NCBI GenBank assembly: GCA_021413905.1
Contig: JAIOPO010000001.1
Coordinates: forward strand, 137,159-201,158
DNA: 64,000 nt
Source: Candidatus Nomurabacteria bacterium
GTDB taxonomy: Bacteria; Patescibacteriota; Minisyncoccia; Phycocordibacterales; UBA9973
Direction of reading: 5' to 3'
How positions within the stretch are numbered: position 1 is the stretch's first letter; every line of letters starts with the position of its first letter. The notes beneath the pieces were generated by a model. That model did no database searches. It saw nothing but the letters and a program-made list of their open reading frames with translations, and was not told the DNA's origin. Of the stretch, positions 39,463-49,053 are shown one piece after another. A program made the position numbers and the translations under genes.

Positions 39463-39530
39463 ATAATTGTTTATACTAATAAAACATCTAATTTATAGAT
39501 AAATTTTAACATTAAATATAATAAAAATAT

Positions 39531-39803
39531 ATGGCACATAGAAAAGCCGGCGGAACCGCCAAAAACCTGCGAGATTCAAATCCAAAGTACCTAGGTACTA
39601 AGCTTTACGATGGTCAAAAAGCTCAAGCTGGTTCTATTATCATCCGTCAACGTGGCACTGTCATTATGGCTGGTACAAATGTATCAACTGGTAAAGATCA
39701 TACCCTATTCGCTTTAAAGCCAGGAACAGTAAAATTTGGCAAAACAAGAAAAACATCCTTTAATGGAAAAACTTCTGTAAAGAAAACTGTGAGTGTTATA
39801 TAA
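39531..39803 (+). CDS. rpmA: 50S ribosomal protein L27
   Basis: [31 protein letters not shown]. Confidence 0.98.
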   Translation: MAHRKAGGTAKNLRDSNPKYLGTKLYDGQKAQAGSIIIRQRGTVIMAGTNVSTGKDHTLFALKPGTVKFGKTRKTSFNGKTSVKKTVSVI

Positions 39804-39814
39804 AAATAAAACTT

Positions 39815-39861
39815 TAAAATAAAAATCCCTCAAGATATTAAATTGAGGGATTTTTATTTTA
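39815..39861. terminator. Bidirectional terminator between rpmA and rplI
   Basis: TAAAATAAAAATCCCTCAA-gatattaaa-TTGAGGGATTTTTATTTTA. Confidence 0.88.
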
Positions 39862-40302
39862 TACTTTTTGTACTACAAGTTTAAAAGAAGATTTTTTACC
39901 TTTGATTTGAATTGGGATTTCATATTCCCCTACTTCTTTAATAGGTTTTTCTAAGACTATAAATTCTTCATTTATTTCCGCACGATGTTCGGACTTTAGA
40001 GCGTCTATGATATCTTTCTTGTGAATTGAGGAAAACAAACTTCCCTTTTCATTTGCTTTACCTTTGATGTTTATTATTTTATTTTTTATTTCTTCTAGAT
40101 TTTTTAACAATAAATCTTCTTGGATTTTATTTGTCATTACAATTTCCTTTTTTCGTTGTTCTAGATTTGCTACAGCTTTCGGTGTGGCCATTTCTGCTAA
40201 TTTATTTGGGAAAAGAAAATTCGCAGCATAACCGTCGTTTACTTCTTTTACATCATGTCTTTTGCCAACTCTCGGCACATCTTTTAAAAAAATTACTTTC
40301 AT
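39859..40302 (-). CDS. rplI: 50S ribosomal protein L9
   Basis: MKVIFLKDV..VG, GYAANFLFP, PIKEVGEY. Confidence 0.97.
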   Translation of the reverse strand: MKVIFLKDVPRVGKRHDVKEVNDGYAANFLFPNKLAEMATPKAVANLEQRKKEIVMTNKIQEDLLLKNLEEIKNKIINIKGKANEKGSLFSSIHKKDIIDALKSEHRAEINEEFIVLEKPIKEVGEYEIPIQIKGKKSSFKLVVQKV

Positions 40303-40314
40303 AAAAATTAAGTT

Positions 40315-41538
40315 CTAGGGATTAGGTTCTAGTAATAACTCGACTGCTTTATCCATTTGTGGATCTCGTTTTACATCAGCATCTTTTTGTGTAAAATCAA
40401 CTTTATAATCCGGTGTTAATCCTTTTTTAGAAATTGAAGTTCCGTTTGGTGTAAGCCATTTGGCAATAGTTATTTTCAATAATGTATCCGGAGTAACATT
40501 TATAACTTCTTGTACGGAACCCTTACCATAACTTTGTTCACCGACTAATTTTGCAATTTTATTATCTTGCATTGCACCAGCCAATATTTCAGAAGCAGAA
40601 GCTGATCCACCATCAATCAAAATCACAAATTTTAATTTATCGTTAAATATATCATATCCTTTGCTTCGATGAACTTTTTGTTTTGATTTATCACCAAAAT
40701 CTTCCACGACGACAGTCTTTCCTGATGGTAAAAACCAACTGGACATATCTATTGCGGAGTCTAGATATCCTCCAGGATTACCTCTCAAATCCAATACCAA
40801 TTTATCTGTTTTAGCATCAACAAATTTTTGTATTGCTTCTTGAAAAAGTTGCGCTGAGTTTGCGGAAAAACTATAAAGTTTTATTACAAAAATACCATCT
40901 GATCTTAACTCTGTATCCAATGTAGGTGTATCAATAGTGTCACGAATAATTTTAACTTCACGTGCTTTTTTCTCTCCTTCTCGAAAAATAGTTAAAGAAA
41001 CGATAGTCCCTTTTTCACCTCTTATTAATTTTATGGCTTTTTCAATTGTCAGATCTGAAGTATTTTTAGAATCAATTTTTAATATTTTATCACCTGGTTT
41101 TAATCCAGCATTATACCCGGGAGTATTTTTAAGTGGAGCAATTACGGTTAATATTTTATCTTTGATTCCAACTTCAACACCAATACCACTGAAACTACCC
41201 GCAATGTCGTCTTCAAACATCTTTGCTTCATCTGGTTTAAAAAATACACTGTATGGATCATTTAAAGAACCTACGAGCCCTGAAATAGCCCCGTAGACCT
41301 TTTCTTGATCTGTTAATTTACTCGCATCTGGTGATTTTTCATTTATTTTATTCCAAACTGTCCAAAATGGTGCAAAATCTACCTGAGTAGTTAAATCTGT
41401 AGGAATTTCTTTATTTTTTAATGATATTTGATCAATAGCAGGACGATTGTTGAATCCTATATATATTCCAAAAGCAAAAAAAACCGCTATTAGTAAAATA
41501 GTAACTTGTGTTCGCATTGTTTTTAAATATTCAAACAT
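40315..41538 (-). CDS. ctpA: Carboxyl-terminal processing protease (S41) with PDZ domain
   Basis: DPYS, GIGVEV, DLRGNPGG, SASASEI, GKGSVQ. Confidence 0.95.
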   Translation of the reverse strand: MFEYLKTMRTQVTILLIAVFFAFGIYIGFNNRPAIDQISLKNKEIPTDLTTQVDFAPFWTVWNKINEKSPDASKLTDQEKVYGAISGLVGSLNDPYSVFFKPDEAKMFEDDIAGSFSGIGVEVGIKDKILTVIAPLKNTPGYNAGLKPGDKILKIDSKNTSDLTIEKAIKLIRGEKGTIVSLTIFREGEKKAREVKIIRDTIDTPTLDTELRSDGIFVIKLYSFSANSAQLFQEAIQKFVDAKTDKLVLDLRGNPGGYLDSAIDMSSWFLPSGKTVVVEDFGDKSKQKVHRSKGYDIFNDKLKFVILIDGGSASASEILAGAMQDNKIAKLVGEQSYGKGSVQEVINVTPDTLLKITIAKWLTPNGTSISKKGLTPDYKVDFTQKDADVKRDPQMDKAVELLLEPNP

Positions 41539-41562
41539 ATTGAAACAATTATAACAGATTTT

Positions 41563-42810
41563 TTATTCTGACAAAAGAGCACTTTCTGTATATGTATTTG
41601 CAGGGTCCCAAAGCATCCATGAGGTTAATCCAGCGTCATATACTGCTTTTATTTGAGCCTGAACCATTTCTTTGGTATATATTGCTCCTAAGTCAAAATC
41701 TTGCAACCACGGGCGAAGTTTTAATGGATCAAGTCCAGCATTTACCAATCTTTCATTTGCTTTTTTCATTGAAAAATTAACTATTTCATAAGGCTTTGTG
41801 GCCGGATTTTTGTAACCATAAGTTCCCGGAGCAAAATGAGAAGGATAAACCATCGGTGCAATATAATCAAAATTAGTAGCAAGTGGAATTAAAAGTTGAC
41901 CGATACCTAAATCATTTGTTTCAGTTGTTGTAAGTCCAAAAATATCTGCAGATATTTTTGGACGAAGAGTTTTTTCATTTTGTAAACCAAAATAATGATT
42001 ATGTAAAAAAGTATAAAAATTACTCATGACATCAGCACGTATTTTTCCTTCTGAAACAGGAAAATATATATCTTTTAAATCACCATCTGCTGGATAACGA
42101 ATATAATCGAAATTTAATTCATCAAAACCATCACTATATGCTTCATCCCCAACACTTGCCACATAGTCCCAGACTTTCTGAGAACCTGCATCCATCCAAT
42201 AAGTACAAGTTTTTTCCGAATTCCTGCGAATAGCTCTTTTGCATTTATCATCTGCCCATAATATGTTCTTATTTGAACTTTTTTTAACAGCATATTCAGG
42301 CCATTTTTTTGCTAAATATGGATCTTGAAAAGTTGCAATACGTCCTATTACATAAATATTATTTTCATGCAACAGAGCGACAAATTCCCTTATATCACGA
42401 ATTCTTTTTTCAGCAGAACCTACTTCTATTAATTTTGGATCATTTACTGAAAAAGAAATACGTCCAGTTGAGTCTTTTACATCTATTACAATTGAATTCA
42501 ATTCTGTCGTTTTTATTATATTTAATATTTTTGTTCTTAATGGTAAGTTGCCCGCCACCCAACCAGAAATGTATATAGCTTTTACGGTAGTAGGAGTATC
42601 TATATGAGTCACAATATTTTGAATTGGTTCAATTTCTTCTGATCCTTTTATTTTTTCACTGTCTACATTTTCTTTATCTAATAATTTATTTATTTTTGAA
42701 TCATATTTCAAATTATAAATTTGAGGTAAAACAAAATAAAATATTAGAAAAAACAAAAGACCTAAAAATAAAATAGTTAATAATTTATTTTTCTGTAAAT
42801 ATTTTTTCAT
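41563..42810 (-). CDS. Putative glycoside hydrolase (DUF4015-like), membrane-anchored
   Basis: TELNSIVIDVKD, GRIATFQD, FDELNFDYIRYP, PMVYPSH, RPWLQDF, W.LWDP.N.Y. Confidence 0.88.
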   Translation of the reverse strand: MKKYLQKNKLLTILFLGLLFFLIFYFVLPQIYNLKYDSKINKLLDKENVDSEKIKGSEEIEPIQNIVTHIDTPTTVKAIYISGWVAGNLPLRTKILNIIKTTELNSIVIDVKDSTGRISFSVNDPKLIEVGSAEKRIRDIREFVALLHENNIYVIGRIATFQDPYLAKKWPEYAVKKSSNKNILWADDKCKRAIRRNSEKTCTYWMDAGSQKVWDYVASVGDEAYSDGFDELNFDYIRYPADGDLKDIYFPVSEGKIRADVMSNFYTFLHNHYFGLQNEKTLRPKISADIFGLTTTETNDLGIGQLLIPLATNFDYIAPMVYPSHFAPGTYGYKNPATKPYEIVNFSMKKANERLVNAGLDPLKLRPWLQDFDLGAIYTKEMVQAQIKAVYDAGLTSWMLWDPANTYTESALLSE

Positions 42811-43019
42811 TAATTATTATTCTCTGAAAAATTATCGAAAATTTTTATATCATTTTTTTTATTTAAAATTTTATATTCTTTATACATTTGATATGCAAAA
42901 AATATTACAATTAAACCTGTAAATAAAAATAATATATTTTTCCAAAAAATAGGAAACCCTAAATATGGTAAGACGATAGTCCATATTCCAATTGCTAAAA
43001 ATATTCTTGCTTTTTTCAT
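42810..43019 (-). CDS. Small two-TM membrane protein
   Basis: MKKARIFLAIGIW...LPYLGFP..WK; start ATG 43019 follows TATAAT. Confidence 0.7.
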   Translation of the reverse strand: MKKARIFLAIGIWTIVLPYLGFPIFWKNILFLFTGLIVIFFAYQMYKEYKILNKKNDIKIFDNFSENNN

Positions 43020-43143
43020 TATTTTATTATAACTTTTTTTATTTAATAAATGCAAATTTGACATTATTGATTGTAATGATTAATGTTATAAATAGACAGT
43101 TGTCGTTCTTTGTTATTTATCATTTCACCTCTTTTTAAAAAAA

Positions 43144-43926
43144 ATGAAAAAGAAAACTCATTTTATTTTGAGAGGTACAGCGTTACTTCTCAAGATTTTG
43201 CCCGATTTTACTTCTCGGTACCTACTGCATTTACTAATTTTTTTCTACTCTCAATATCTTTTTAAAATCAAAAACAAGATAGAGGTTATAGGGAAAGAAA
43301 ATTTAAAATTAGTAAAAGAAAACAAGGGAATTTTATTTGTATCCAATCATGAAACTTTTTTAGATTCTTTTTTGATTGAATGGGCGAAAATTTCTTTGTG
43401 GGATATTTTTTTTAATCAAGATAAAATTTCTTACCATGCTCCTGATTTTAGAAATTTCTACAATTCAGGGCCAGGTCAAAAAATAATGTCTTTGTTGAAA
43501 AATATTCCGATAGACAGACAGTCTAAAGACCCAGAAGTCATCAAAGAAATACTAAATCAGTATTGCAATATTTTGTCCCGCAACAATCTTCATATTTTTT
43601 TTGAAGGTACAAGAACGAGACAAGATAAAGAAAAAAGTCGTATTGATTCAATCGGTGAATGTAAATTAGGTGTAGTTAAAATGATTTTAACAGCTAAACC
43701 TAAATATATTGTACCCATATTTTTGTACGATATTCACCCAATAATGCCGATAGAAGTGGGTCATCATTATGAGAAAATCCGAAGTGGTAATAAAGGTAAA
43801 TTATTTATCGGAAAACCTTTAGATTTTTCTTGTGTTTATGCCAGTGAACTTACTTCAAAAAAAGAAATAAATGCTCTGGTAAAAAAACTGATTCGTGAAT
43901 CAGTAATAAAACTTGCACCACAATGA
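43144..43926 (+). CDS. Lysophospholipid acyltransferase (PlsC/tafazzin-like)
   Basis: SNHETFLD (NHX4D), PIDR, FFEGTR, IVPI. Confidence 0.88.
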   Translation: MKKKTHFILRGTALLLKILPDFTSRYLLHLLIFFYSQYLFKIKNKIEVIGKENLKLVKENKGILFVSNHETFLDSFLIEWAKISLWDIFFNQDKISYHAPDFRNFYNSGPGQKIMSLLKNIPIDRQSKDPEVIKEILNQYCNILSRNNLHIFFEGTRTRQDKEKSRIDSIGECKLGVVKMILTAKPKYIVPIFLYDIHPIMPIEVGHHYEKIRSGNKGKLFIGKPLDFSCVYASELTSKKEINALVKKLIRESVIKLAPQ

Positions 43927-43957
43927 CGTGTCTCTCAACAAGAGCACGTCATTTTTT
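43922..43957. terminator. Terminator overlapping the acyltransferase stop codon
   Basis: AATGACGTG-t-CTCT-caaca-AGAG-CACGTCATT followed by a T tract. Confidence 0.8.
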
Positions 43958-45650
43958 ATTTAAAATATTCTGGTGTGTTAACAGACATCCAATCTAAAAG
44001 CTGTCTCATTATATATGCGCCACCAACTCCATTTGTAGAAGGCCCTGCTTCCATCAAAACAACAAAAGCGTACTTAGGTTTATCATAAGGGAAAAAACCC
44101 ATAACCCAAGAATTTACCTTGTCTTTAGCTATACCGAGTTGCGCTGTACCTGTTTTTGAAGCAACTTTTACGTAAGGTACATTTAAAGCGACAGAAGTAC
44201 CAGAAGTTACACCTCTACGCATTCCTTCTTGTACAACATCAAAATAATTTTGATTTAAGTCTATTTTAGTTATTTGTTTTTCTTTTTCTGTATCATTCAT
44301 TAAAATATGTGGGGTAAGCAAAGTACCTCTATTTGCTATTACAGCATCAGCTCTTACCATTTGTAATGGAGTGACCTGAAAACCATATTGACCTATGGCC
44401 GTATGATAAGTATCTCCTATTCTCCATGGATCATTTTTAAATTTTTTTAATTTCCATTCTGGACTAGGAATAGTACCCCCGACTTCATCAGGTAAATCAA
44501 TTCCTGTCTTTTTTCCAATTCCAAAAAGTTCAGAATATTTTTCAATATTTGCAATACCTAAACCTTTTTGCCCTTGAAAACCACCACCTATTTCATAAAA
44601 ATAAACATCAGAAGATACAGCAATAGCTTGACGCATATCTACCCAACCATGAGCTTTCCAGTCTTTAAAAACTGTTTTTTGATCTGGAAAATATGGATTC
44701 GGTATTGATATTGAACCTGTTGATAATATTTGAGTTAAAGGATCGATAATTTTTTCATTCAAAGCTCCTAAAGCAAAAAAAGGTTTAACAATAGAACCAG
44801 GCACATAGAGACCTGAAATATTTTTATCCATAAACAAATTTCTTTTATCTGTAAAATAATTTTTTATTTTTTCTTTATCTTTTCCTTCGGATAAAATTTC
44901 AGAATTATATTCAGGAAAACTTGTAGAAGTTATAATTTCACCATTAGTCACATCCATTATGATACCAGCTCCTCCTTTAAATGAATTACTTTCAGACAAC
45001 TTTTGAATTAAATTAAATAATTCACTTTGAATTCTTGAATCAATACTGGTGACCAGGTCTGTTCCGCGTTTTGGAGCATTTGTTATATTTTCAGAATGTA
45101 TCTCATTGCGAGCATCTTTTTCTACTATTTTTAAACCATTCTCTCCTTTTAATAAATTATTATATTGTTTCTCTATGCCATCTTTACCTATAAATTGACC
45201 TTGCCAATAGTTCCCCGTCTTATCTTTTGCTGGATAACTTATATATCCTAATAAATGTGAAAAACCAGGATTCATATACTCTCTTTTAGAGAAATCTGAT
45301 CCTTCTTCTTTTTTATTCCAAACAATCTCTTTTTTATTTCTGTCATAGATTATTCCCCTGTCAGCAAAAATAATATCTTTATTTAAAGTATTATTTTCAC
45401 TTCTTGTAAAAAATGCTTCCCCTTTTTTTATTTGTAAATAAATCAATCTTGTCGTCAGTATTCCAAATATTACAAAAAAACAAATACCCAAAACATTTAC
45501 AGTTTTCTTTGTTATCGGTCTTTCTATCCGACCTTCAAATTGTTGATTATCAAAATTTTGTAAATTTTGTGAATCTAAAAAAATTTCATCGGGTTCAACG
45601 AAAAAATTTTTATTTCTTATTTTATTTTTTCTAAAAAATCTACGAATCAT
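43956..45650 (-). CDS. mrdA: Penicillin-binding protein 2 (class B)
   Basis: RGIIYDRN, GKDGIEK, PGSIVK (SxxK), SSD (SxD), KTGTAQ. Confidence 0.93.
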   Translation of the reverse strand: MIRRFFRKNKIRNKNFFVEPDEIFLDSQNLQNFDNQQFEGRIERPITKKTVNVLGICFFVIFGILTTRLIYLQIKKGEAFFTRSENNTLNKDIIFADRGIIYDRNKKEIVWNKKEEGSDFSKREYMNPGFSHLLGYISYPAKDKTGNYWQGQFIGKDGIEKQYNNLLKGENGLKIVEKDARNEIHSENITNAPKRGTDLVTSIDSRIQSELFNLIQKLSESNSFKGGAGIIMDVTNGEIITSTSFPEYNSEILSEGKDKEKIKNYFTDKRNLFMDKNISGLYVPGSIVKPFFALGALNEKIIDPLTQILSTGSISIPNPYFPDQKTVFKDWKAHGWVDMRQAIAVSSDVYFYEIGGGFQGQKGLGIANIEKYSELFGIGKKTGIDLPDEVGGTIPSPEWKLKKFKNDPWRIGDTYHTAIGQYGFQVTPLQMVRADAVIANRGTLLTPHILMNDTEKEKQITKIDLNQNYFDVVQEGMRRGVTSGTSVALNVPYVKVASKTGTAQLGIAKDKVNSWVMGFFPYDKPKYAFVVLMEAGPSTNGVGGAYIMRQLLDWMSVNTPEYFK

Positions 45651-45919
45651 TTTAATTTAGGATAAAATTTTAATTTTCTTTTTAAAATTTCCAATAATAT
45701 AAATACACAAGAAAAAATACATGAAGAGAAAAATATGAAATTAGGAAAAATAGTATCTTTTATTCCAAAAAATAAATCTGAAATAAACATCAATATGATT
45801 ACTTCTACGAATAGATTGAAATAAAACATAAAAAACAAAGCCAAAATACAAGAAAACCAAAAAGGCATGAAAAACACAGAAAAGAATAAAATTAAATTGG
45901 CCAAAACACGTAATACCAT
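45647..45919 (-). CDS. Small membrane protein coupled to mrdA (possible short MreD-like)
   Basis: 90 aa, very hydrophobic, ATGA overlap with mrdA. Confidence 0.55.
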   Translation of the reverse strand: MVLRVLANLILFFSVFFMPFWFSCILALFFMFYFNLFVEVIILMFISDLFFGIKDTIFPNFIFFSSCIFSCVFILLEILKRKLKFYPKLK

Positions 45920-45954
45920 ACTTTTATATTACACTCTTCTGTAAAAAATACAAA

Positions 45955-46767
45955 TTAAAATATTTTACGCCAAACAAAACGCAATATATAAAATATCACG
46001 AGAATAGACAGACCATAAAATGCAAGTTTATTTTTAAATAAAATACTGATTAAAGTATAAAAGAAAACTTGAACTTGCTTAAAAGGTTTTTGTATTTTGT
46101 CTTTGTTTTCTGAATTTTTAGTATTGTCTAATTTTTTAATTTCTTTTTGAATTTCTGTTTTTTTATTCTCAGATAAAATACTTGTATTTTTCCTCAAATT
46201 TTCTAAAACACCGGAAACATTAATGATATTCGTTTTTATCGATTCAGGGGTTTTGTCTTCTATAAAATTAACCGCATTATCTACGGTATCAGAAATTATA
46301 TTTTTAGGTGTATCTTGTATTTGATTTCCATTTTCTGTTTTTAATACTATTTTTTTTGAAACAGAACGTAAACTTTTTTCTGTTTCATTTTCTGTGATAT
46401 AAAAATCTTGATATTTACCTTTTGAAATTAAAAATTTTGCATTTTCTATTCGGGCGAATATCGTATGATCCCCTGCATTTACAATCCAATCTATCGATAA
46501 ATCTTTAACACTTTTTGAAGAAACATAAAAAGTCTTTTTTCCTAAAAGTGTTTCTTTATCATAAAAAGAAACATCTCCGGTCATATCTTTTGTGTCCGGA
46601 TTAAAAATCAAAGTATATATTTTTATTTTATCTCCTTCTTCAAAAGGATCTTTTGAATACCAAATATTTGCTGGAATAAAACCCGCATTAGTATTTTGTG
46701 CATATGCAAAATACACAGAATTAAAGAAACTTATAAAAAATATTATTATAAATAAAAATTTCTTCAT
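45955..46767 (-). CDS. Exported Ig/CARDB-like protein with C-terminal TM anchor
   Basis: Signal MKKFL...AYA, IWYSKDP..EGD.IKIY, beta-rich GDHTIFA, C-terminal TM plus basic tail. Confidence 0.7.
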   Translation of the reverse strand: MKKFLFIIIFFISFFNSVYFAYAQNTNAGFIPANIWYSKDPFEEGDKIKIYTLIFNPDTKDMTGDVSFYDKETLLGKKTFYVSSKSVKDLSIDWIVNAGDHTIFARIENAKFLISKGKYQDFYITENETEKSLRSVSKKIVLKTENGNQIQDTPKNIISDTVDNAVNFIEDKTPESIKTNIINVSGVLENLRKNTSILSENKKTEIQKEIKKLDNTKNSENKDKIQKPFKQVQVFFYTLISILFKNKLAFYGLSILVIFYILRFVWRKIF

Positions 46768-46771
46768 ATTT

Positions 46772-47566
46772 TTATGACAACAAAACTCCTCCATCTACCA
46801 CTATTTGTGCGCCCGTCATATAACTAGACAAATCAGAAGCTAGAAATAAAGCCACTTTACCAATATCATCTATGTCGCCTTTTCTTTTCATGGGAATTTT
46901 TTGAATAAATTTTTCTGAAATTTCTTTCATTTCAGGAGACATTTTTGTTCCATCTCCTGTTCCTGGAGTACTGATACTACCCGGAGCTATCGCATTAACA
47001 GATATGCCATGTGGCGCCAATTCCAAAGCTGTATTTTTTGTAAAACCCCAAAGTCCGTGTTTTGTCGTGTCATAAACAGCTAATCCCACTGCAGAAGGAT
47101 GTAATGCATCTATTGAAGTTATATTTATTATTTTTCCTCCATTACCTTGTTTTATCATTATTTCCGAAATAATTTTTGTAAAAATGAAAGCACTTTTTAA
47201 ATTTACATTTATTATTTTTTCAAATTCTTTAGTATCCATTTTGAGAATTGGTATAAGTGGATATATACCAGCATTGTTTACTAAAATATTTACATTACCA
47301 AATTTCTCAATTCCGAAGTTAATCGCATTTATTACCTGTTCTTCTTCTGAAACATCTGCCTTAAAAAAGGATACATTGAAACCTTTTTCATTCATTTCTG
47401 CTTCTGTATTTTTCCCTATTTCTTCATTTAAATCAATCAACAAAACATTTGCCCCGGCTTCTGCTAAACGATATGCTATACCCTTTCCTATGCCCATTGC
47501 TCCACCTGTAACAAAAGCAGTTTTTCCTTTTAAATCCATAATTTTTTGTATTGAAATATTTTCCAT
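46772..47566 (-). CDS. Short-chain dehydrogenase/reductase
   Basis: TGGAMGIG, NNAG, YDTTK (YxxxK), VNAIAPG, VDGG. Confidence 0.95.
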   Translation of the reverse strand: MENISIQKIMDLKGKTAFVTGGAMGIGKGIAYRLAEAGANVLLIDLNEEIGKNTEAEMNEKGFNVSFFKADVSEEEQVINAINFGIEKFGNVNILVNNAGIYPLIPILKMDTKEFEKIINVNLKSAFIFTKIISEIMIKQGNGGKIINITSIDALHPSAVGLAVYDTTKHGLWGFTKNTALELAPHGISVNAIAPGSISTPGTGDGTKMSPEMKEISEKFIQKIPMKRKGDIDDIGKVALFLASDLSSYMTGAQIVVDGGVLLS

Positions 47567-47671
47567 ATTTTTATTATAACATACAAGTAATTTATGTTAA
47601 TTTTTTAAACTTGAATTTTTATCAAATTTGTGCGAAAATAAAAAAGTTAATGATTAGTGAAATGTTTATCT

Positions 47672-47742
47672 TGGGGTATCGTCTAATGGTAGGACAGAGG
47701 CCTTTGAAGCCTTTAATCGTGGTTCGAATCCATGTACCCCAG
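47672..47742 (+). tRNA. tRNA-Gln (UUG), CCA not encoded
   Basis: Acceptor TGGGGTA/TACCCCA, anticodon arm GAGGC-CT TTG AA-GCCTT, T loop GTTCGAATC. Confidence 0.96.
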
Positions 47743-47754
47743 CTCTACATAAAA

Positions 47755-47782
47755 AAAGACCAATGAATTATCACTGGTCTTT
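47755..47782. terminator. Hairpin terminator between tRNA-Gln and the convergent small ORF
   Basis: AAAGACCA-N12-TGGTCTTT with an A tract upstream. Confidence 0.7.
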
Positions 47783-47947
47783 CAGGTTTTTTATGGCTTT
47801 TCTTTCTTTTGATGAAAGAATTTTACCATACGTGAGGAGCTCCTGATACTCCTCGTCTGAATGCTCGTAAGGTAAACTTTCGAGCATTCTCATTACTCTT
47901 ATTGGATCCTGTGGGCGAAACTTAGGAACCTTTTCTTTTTTTGCCAT
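47771..47947 (-). CDS. Orphan 58-aa protein, not in the ORF track
   Basis: MAKKEKVPKFRPQDPIRVMRMLESLPYEHSDEEYQELLTYGKILSSKERKAIKNLKDQ; promoter TTGACT...TGcTATACT at 47973-48000 (-). Confidence 0.6.
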   Translation of the reverse strand: MAKKEKVPKFRPQDPIRVMRMLESLPYEHSDEEYQELLTYGKILSSKERKAIKNLKDQ

Positions 47948-47988
47948 ACACCTTATTTTTAAATCTAACTAAAGTATAGCATATTTAT

Positions 47989-49041
47989 TTAAAAAGTCAA
48001 GATTTTTATGGAAGCTAATTCCAAAGGTAATTCTGAAATAAATGCTTTATCTATATTTTGATATGCTTCGAGAAGTGCGATGAGCGTCGCAGAATGGAAC
48101 ATTCCGGCCTTGCCTGGAGCATCATTTTTTACCAATTCTTTTAAAAACAACAAATCTTCTTTTGATAAATCCCCTGCCATTTGTTCTTCGAGCTTCGGCG
48201 CGGATTTTAGGATTATAGCCATACGAAATTTTTGAATAATGAGTTTTAAAAATAATTTCATATCAAGATTTTCCTCTGATGCTTTTCTGACTACTAAAAT
48301 ACATTCTTCAAGTTTCTTTTCAGCAATTGCGGAAATAAAACTATTTACCAAAGTCGTCTTTGGTGCGCCGGTGATTTTCTCTACATCTTCTCTGTTTATT
48401 TTTTTATTTTTCTTTTTGTCAGAGAAATTTAAAACTTTTTGCAAATATCCGAGAGCGTCACGGAAAGATCCATCACCCAATATCGCGATGAGTTCTGCAG
48501 ACCCGCCATCGAGCTCAAAACCTTCTTTCTCTGCAACAGACAAAAGCATATTTTTTAAAATTAAATCTGACGGCTTTTTAAAAGTGAAAACTTGGCAACG
48601 AGAGATGATTGTATCCGGCACTTTATTTAATTCTGTAGTTGCCATTATGAAAATGACATGATTCGGCGGTTCTTCCAAAGTTTTTAAAAGTGTATTCCAA
48701 GATTCTTTTGTAAACATATGAACCTCGTCCAAAATGTAAACTTTGTATTTTGAATCAAATGGCAAAGTGCTGACTCCATCACGAAGCTCGCGCACATCGT
48801 CCACGCCTCTGTTTGAAGCGGCGTCTATCTCATAAATGTCATTATTTGAGACTCCTATGCCGTGAGCGAAAATACGCGCAGCAGAAGTCTTACCTGTGCC
48901 TCGTGAGCCGACAAAAAGGTATGAATGCGAAATCTTGCCTGTATCAATGGCATTCTGCAAAACACTCGCAATATGCTCCTGCCCAAGCATTTCCTCAAAA
49001 TTCTGCGGTCTGTATTTGCGATATAATGCTAAATCGATCAT
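47989..49041 (-). CDS. dnaX: DNA polymerase III subunit gamma/tau, short form (350 aa)
   Basis: LYRKYRP, GSRGTGKT, EIDAASNRG, DEVHM, LKTLEEPP, SRCQ. Confidence 0.96.
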   Translation of the reverse strand: MIDLALYRKYRPQNFEEMLGQEHIASVLQNAIDTGKISHSYLFVGSRGTGKTSAARIFAHGIGVSNNDIYEIDAASNRGVDDVRELRDGVSTLPFDSKYKVYILDEVHMFTKESWNTLLKTLEEPPNHVIFIMATTELNKVPDTIISRCQVFTFKKPSDLILKNMLLSVAEKEGFELDGGSAELIAILGDGSFRDALGYLQKVLNFSDKKKNKKINREDVEKITGAPKTTLVNSFISAIAEKKLEECILVVRKASEENLDMKLFLKLIIQKFRMAIILKSAPKLEEQMAGDLSKEDLLFLKELVKNDAPGKAGMFHSATLIALLEAYQNIDKAFISELPLELASIKILTF

Positions 49042-49053
49042 TTGTGTATTATA

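Noticed and set aside
47551-47766. 71-aa ORF, and ORF 58627-59085
   Set aside because: They overlap tRNA-Gln and tRNA-Leu/murA respectively, so they are spurious translations.
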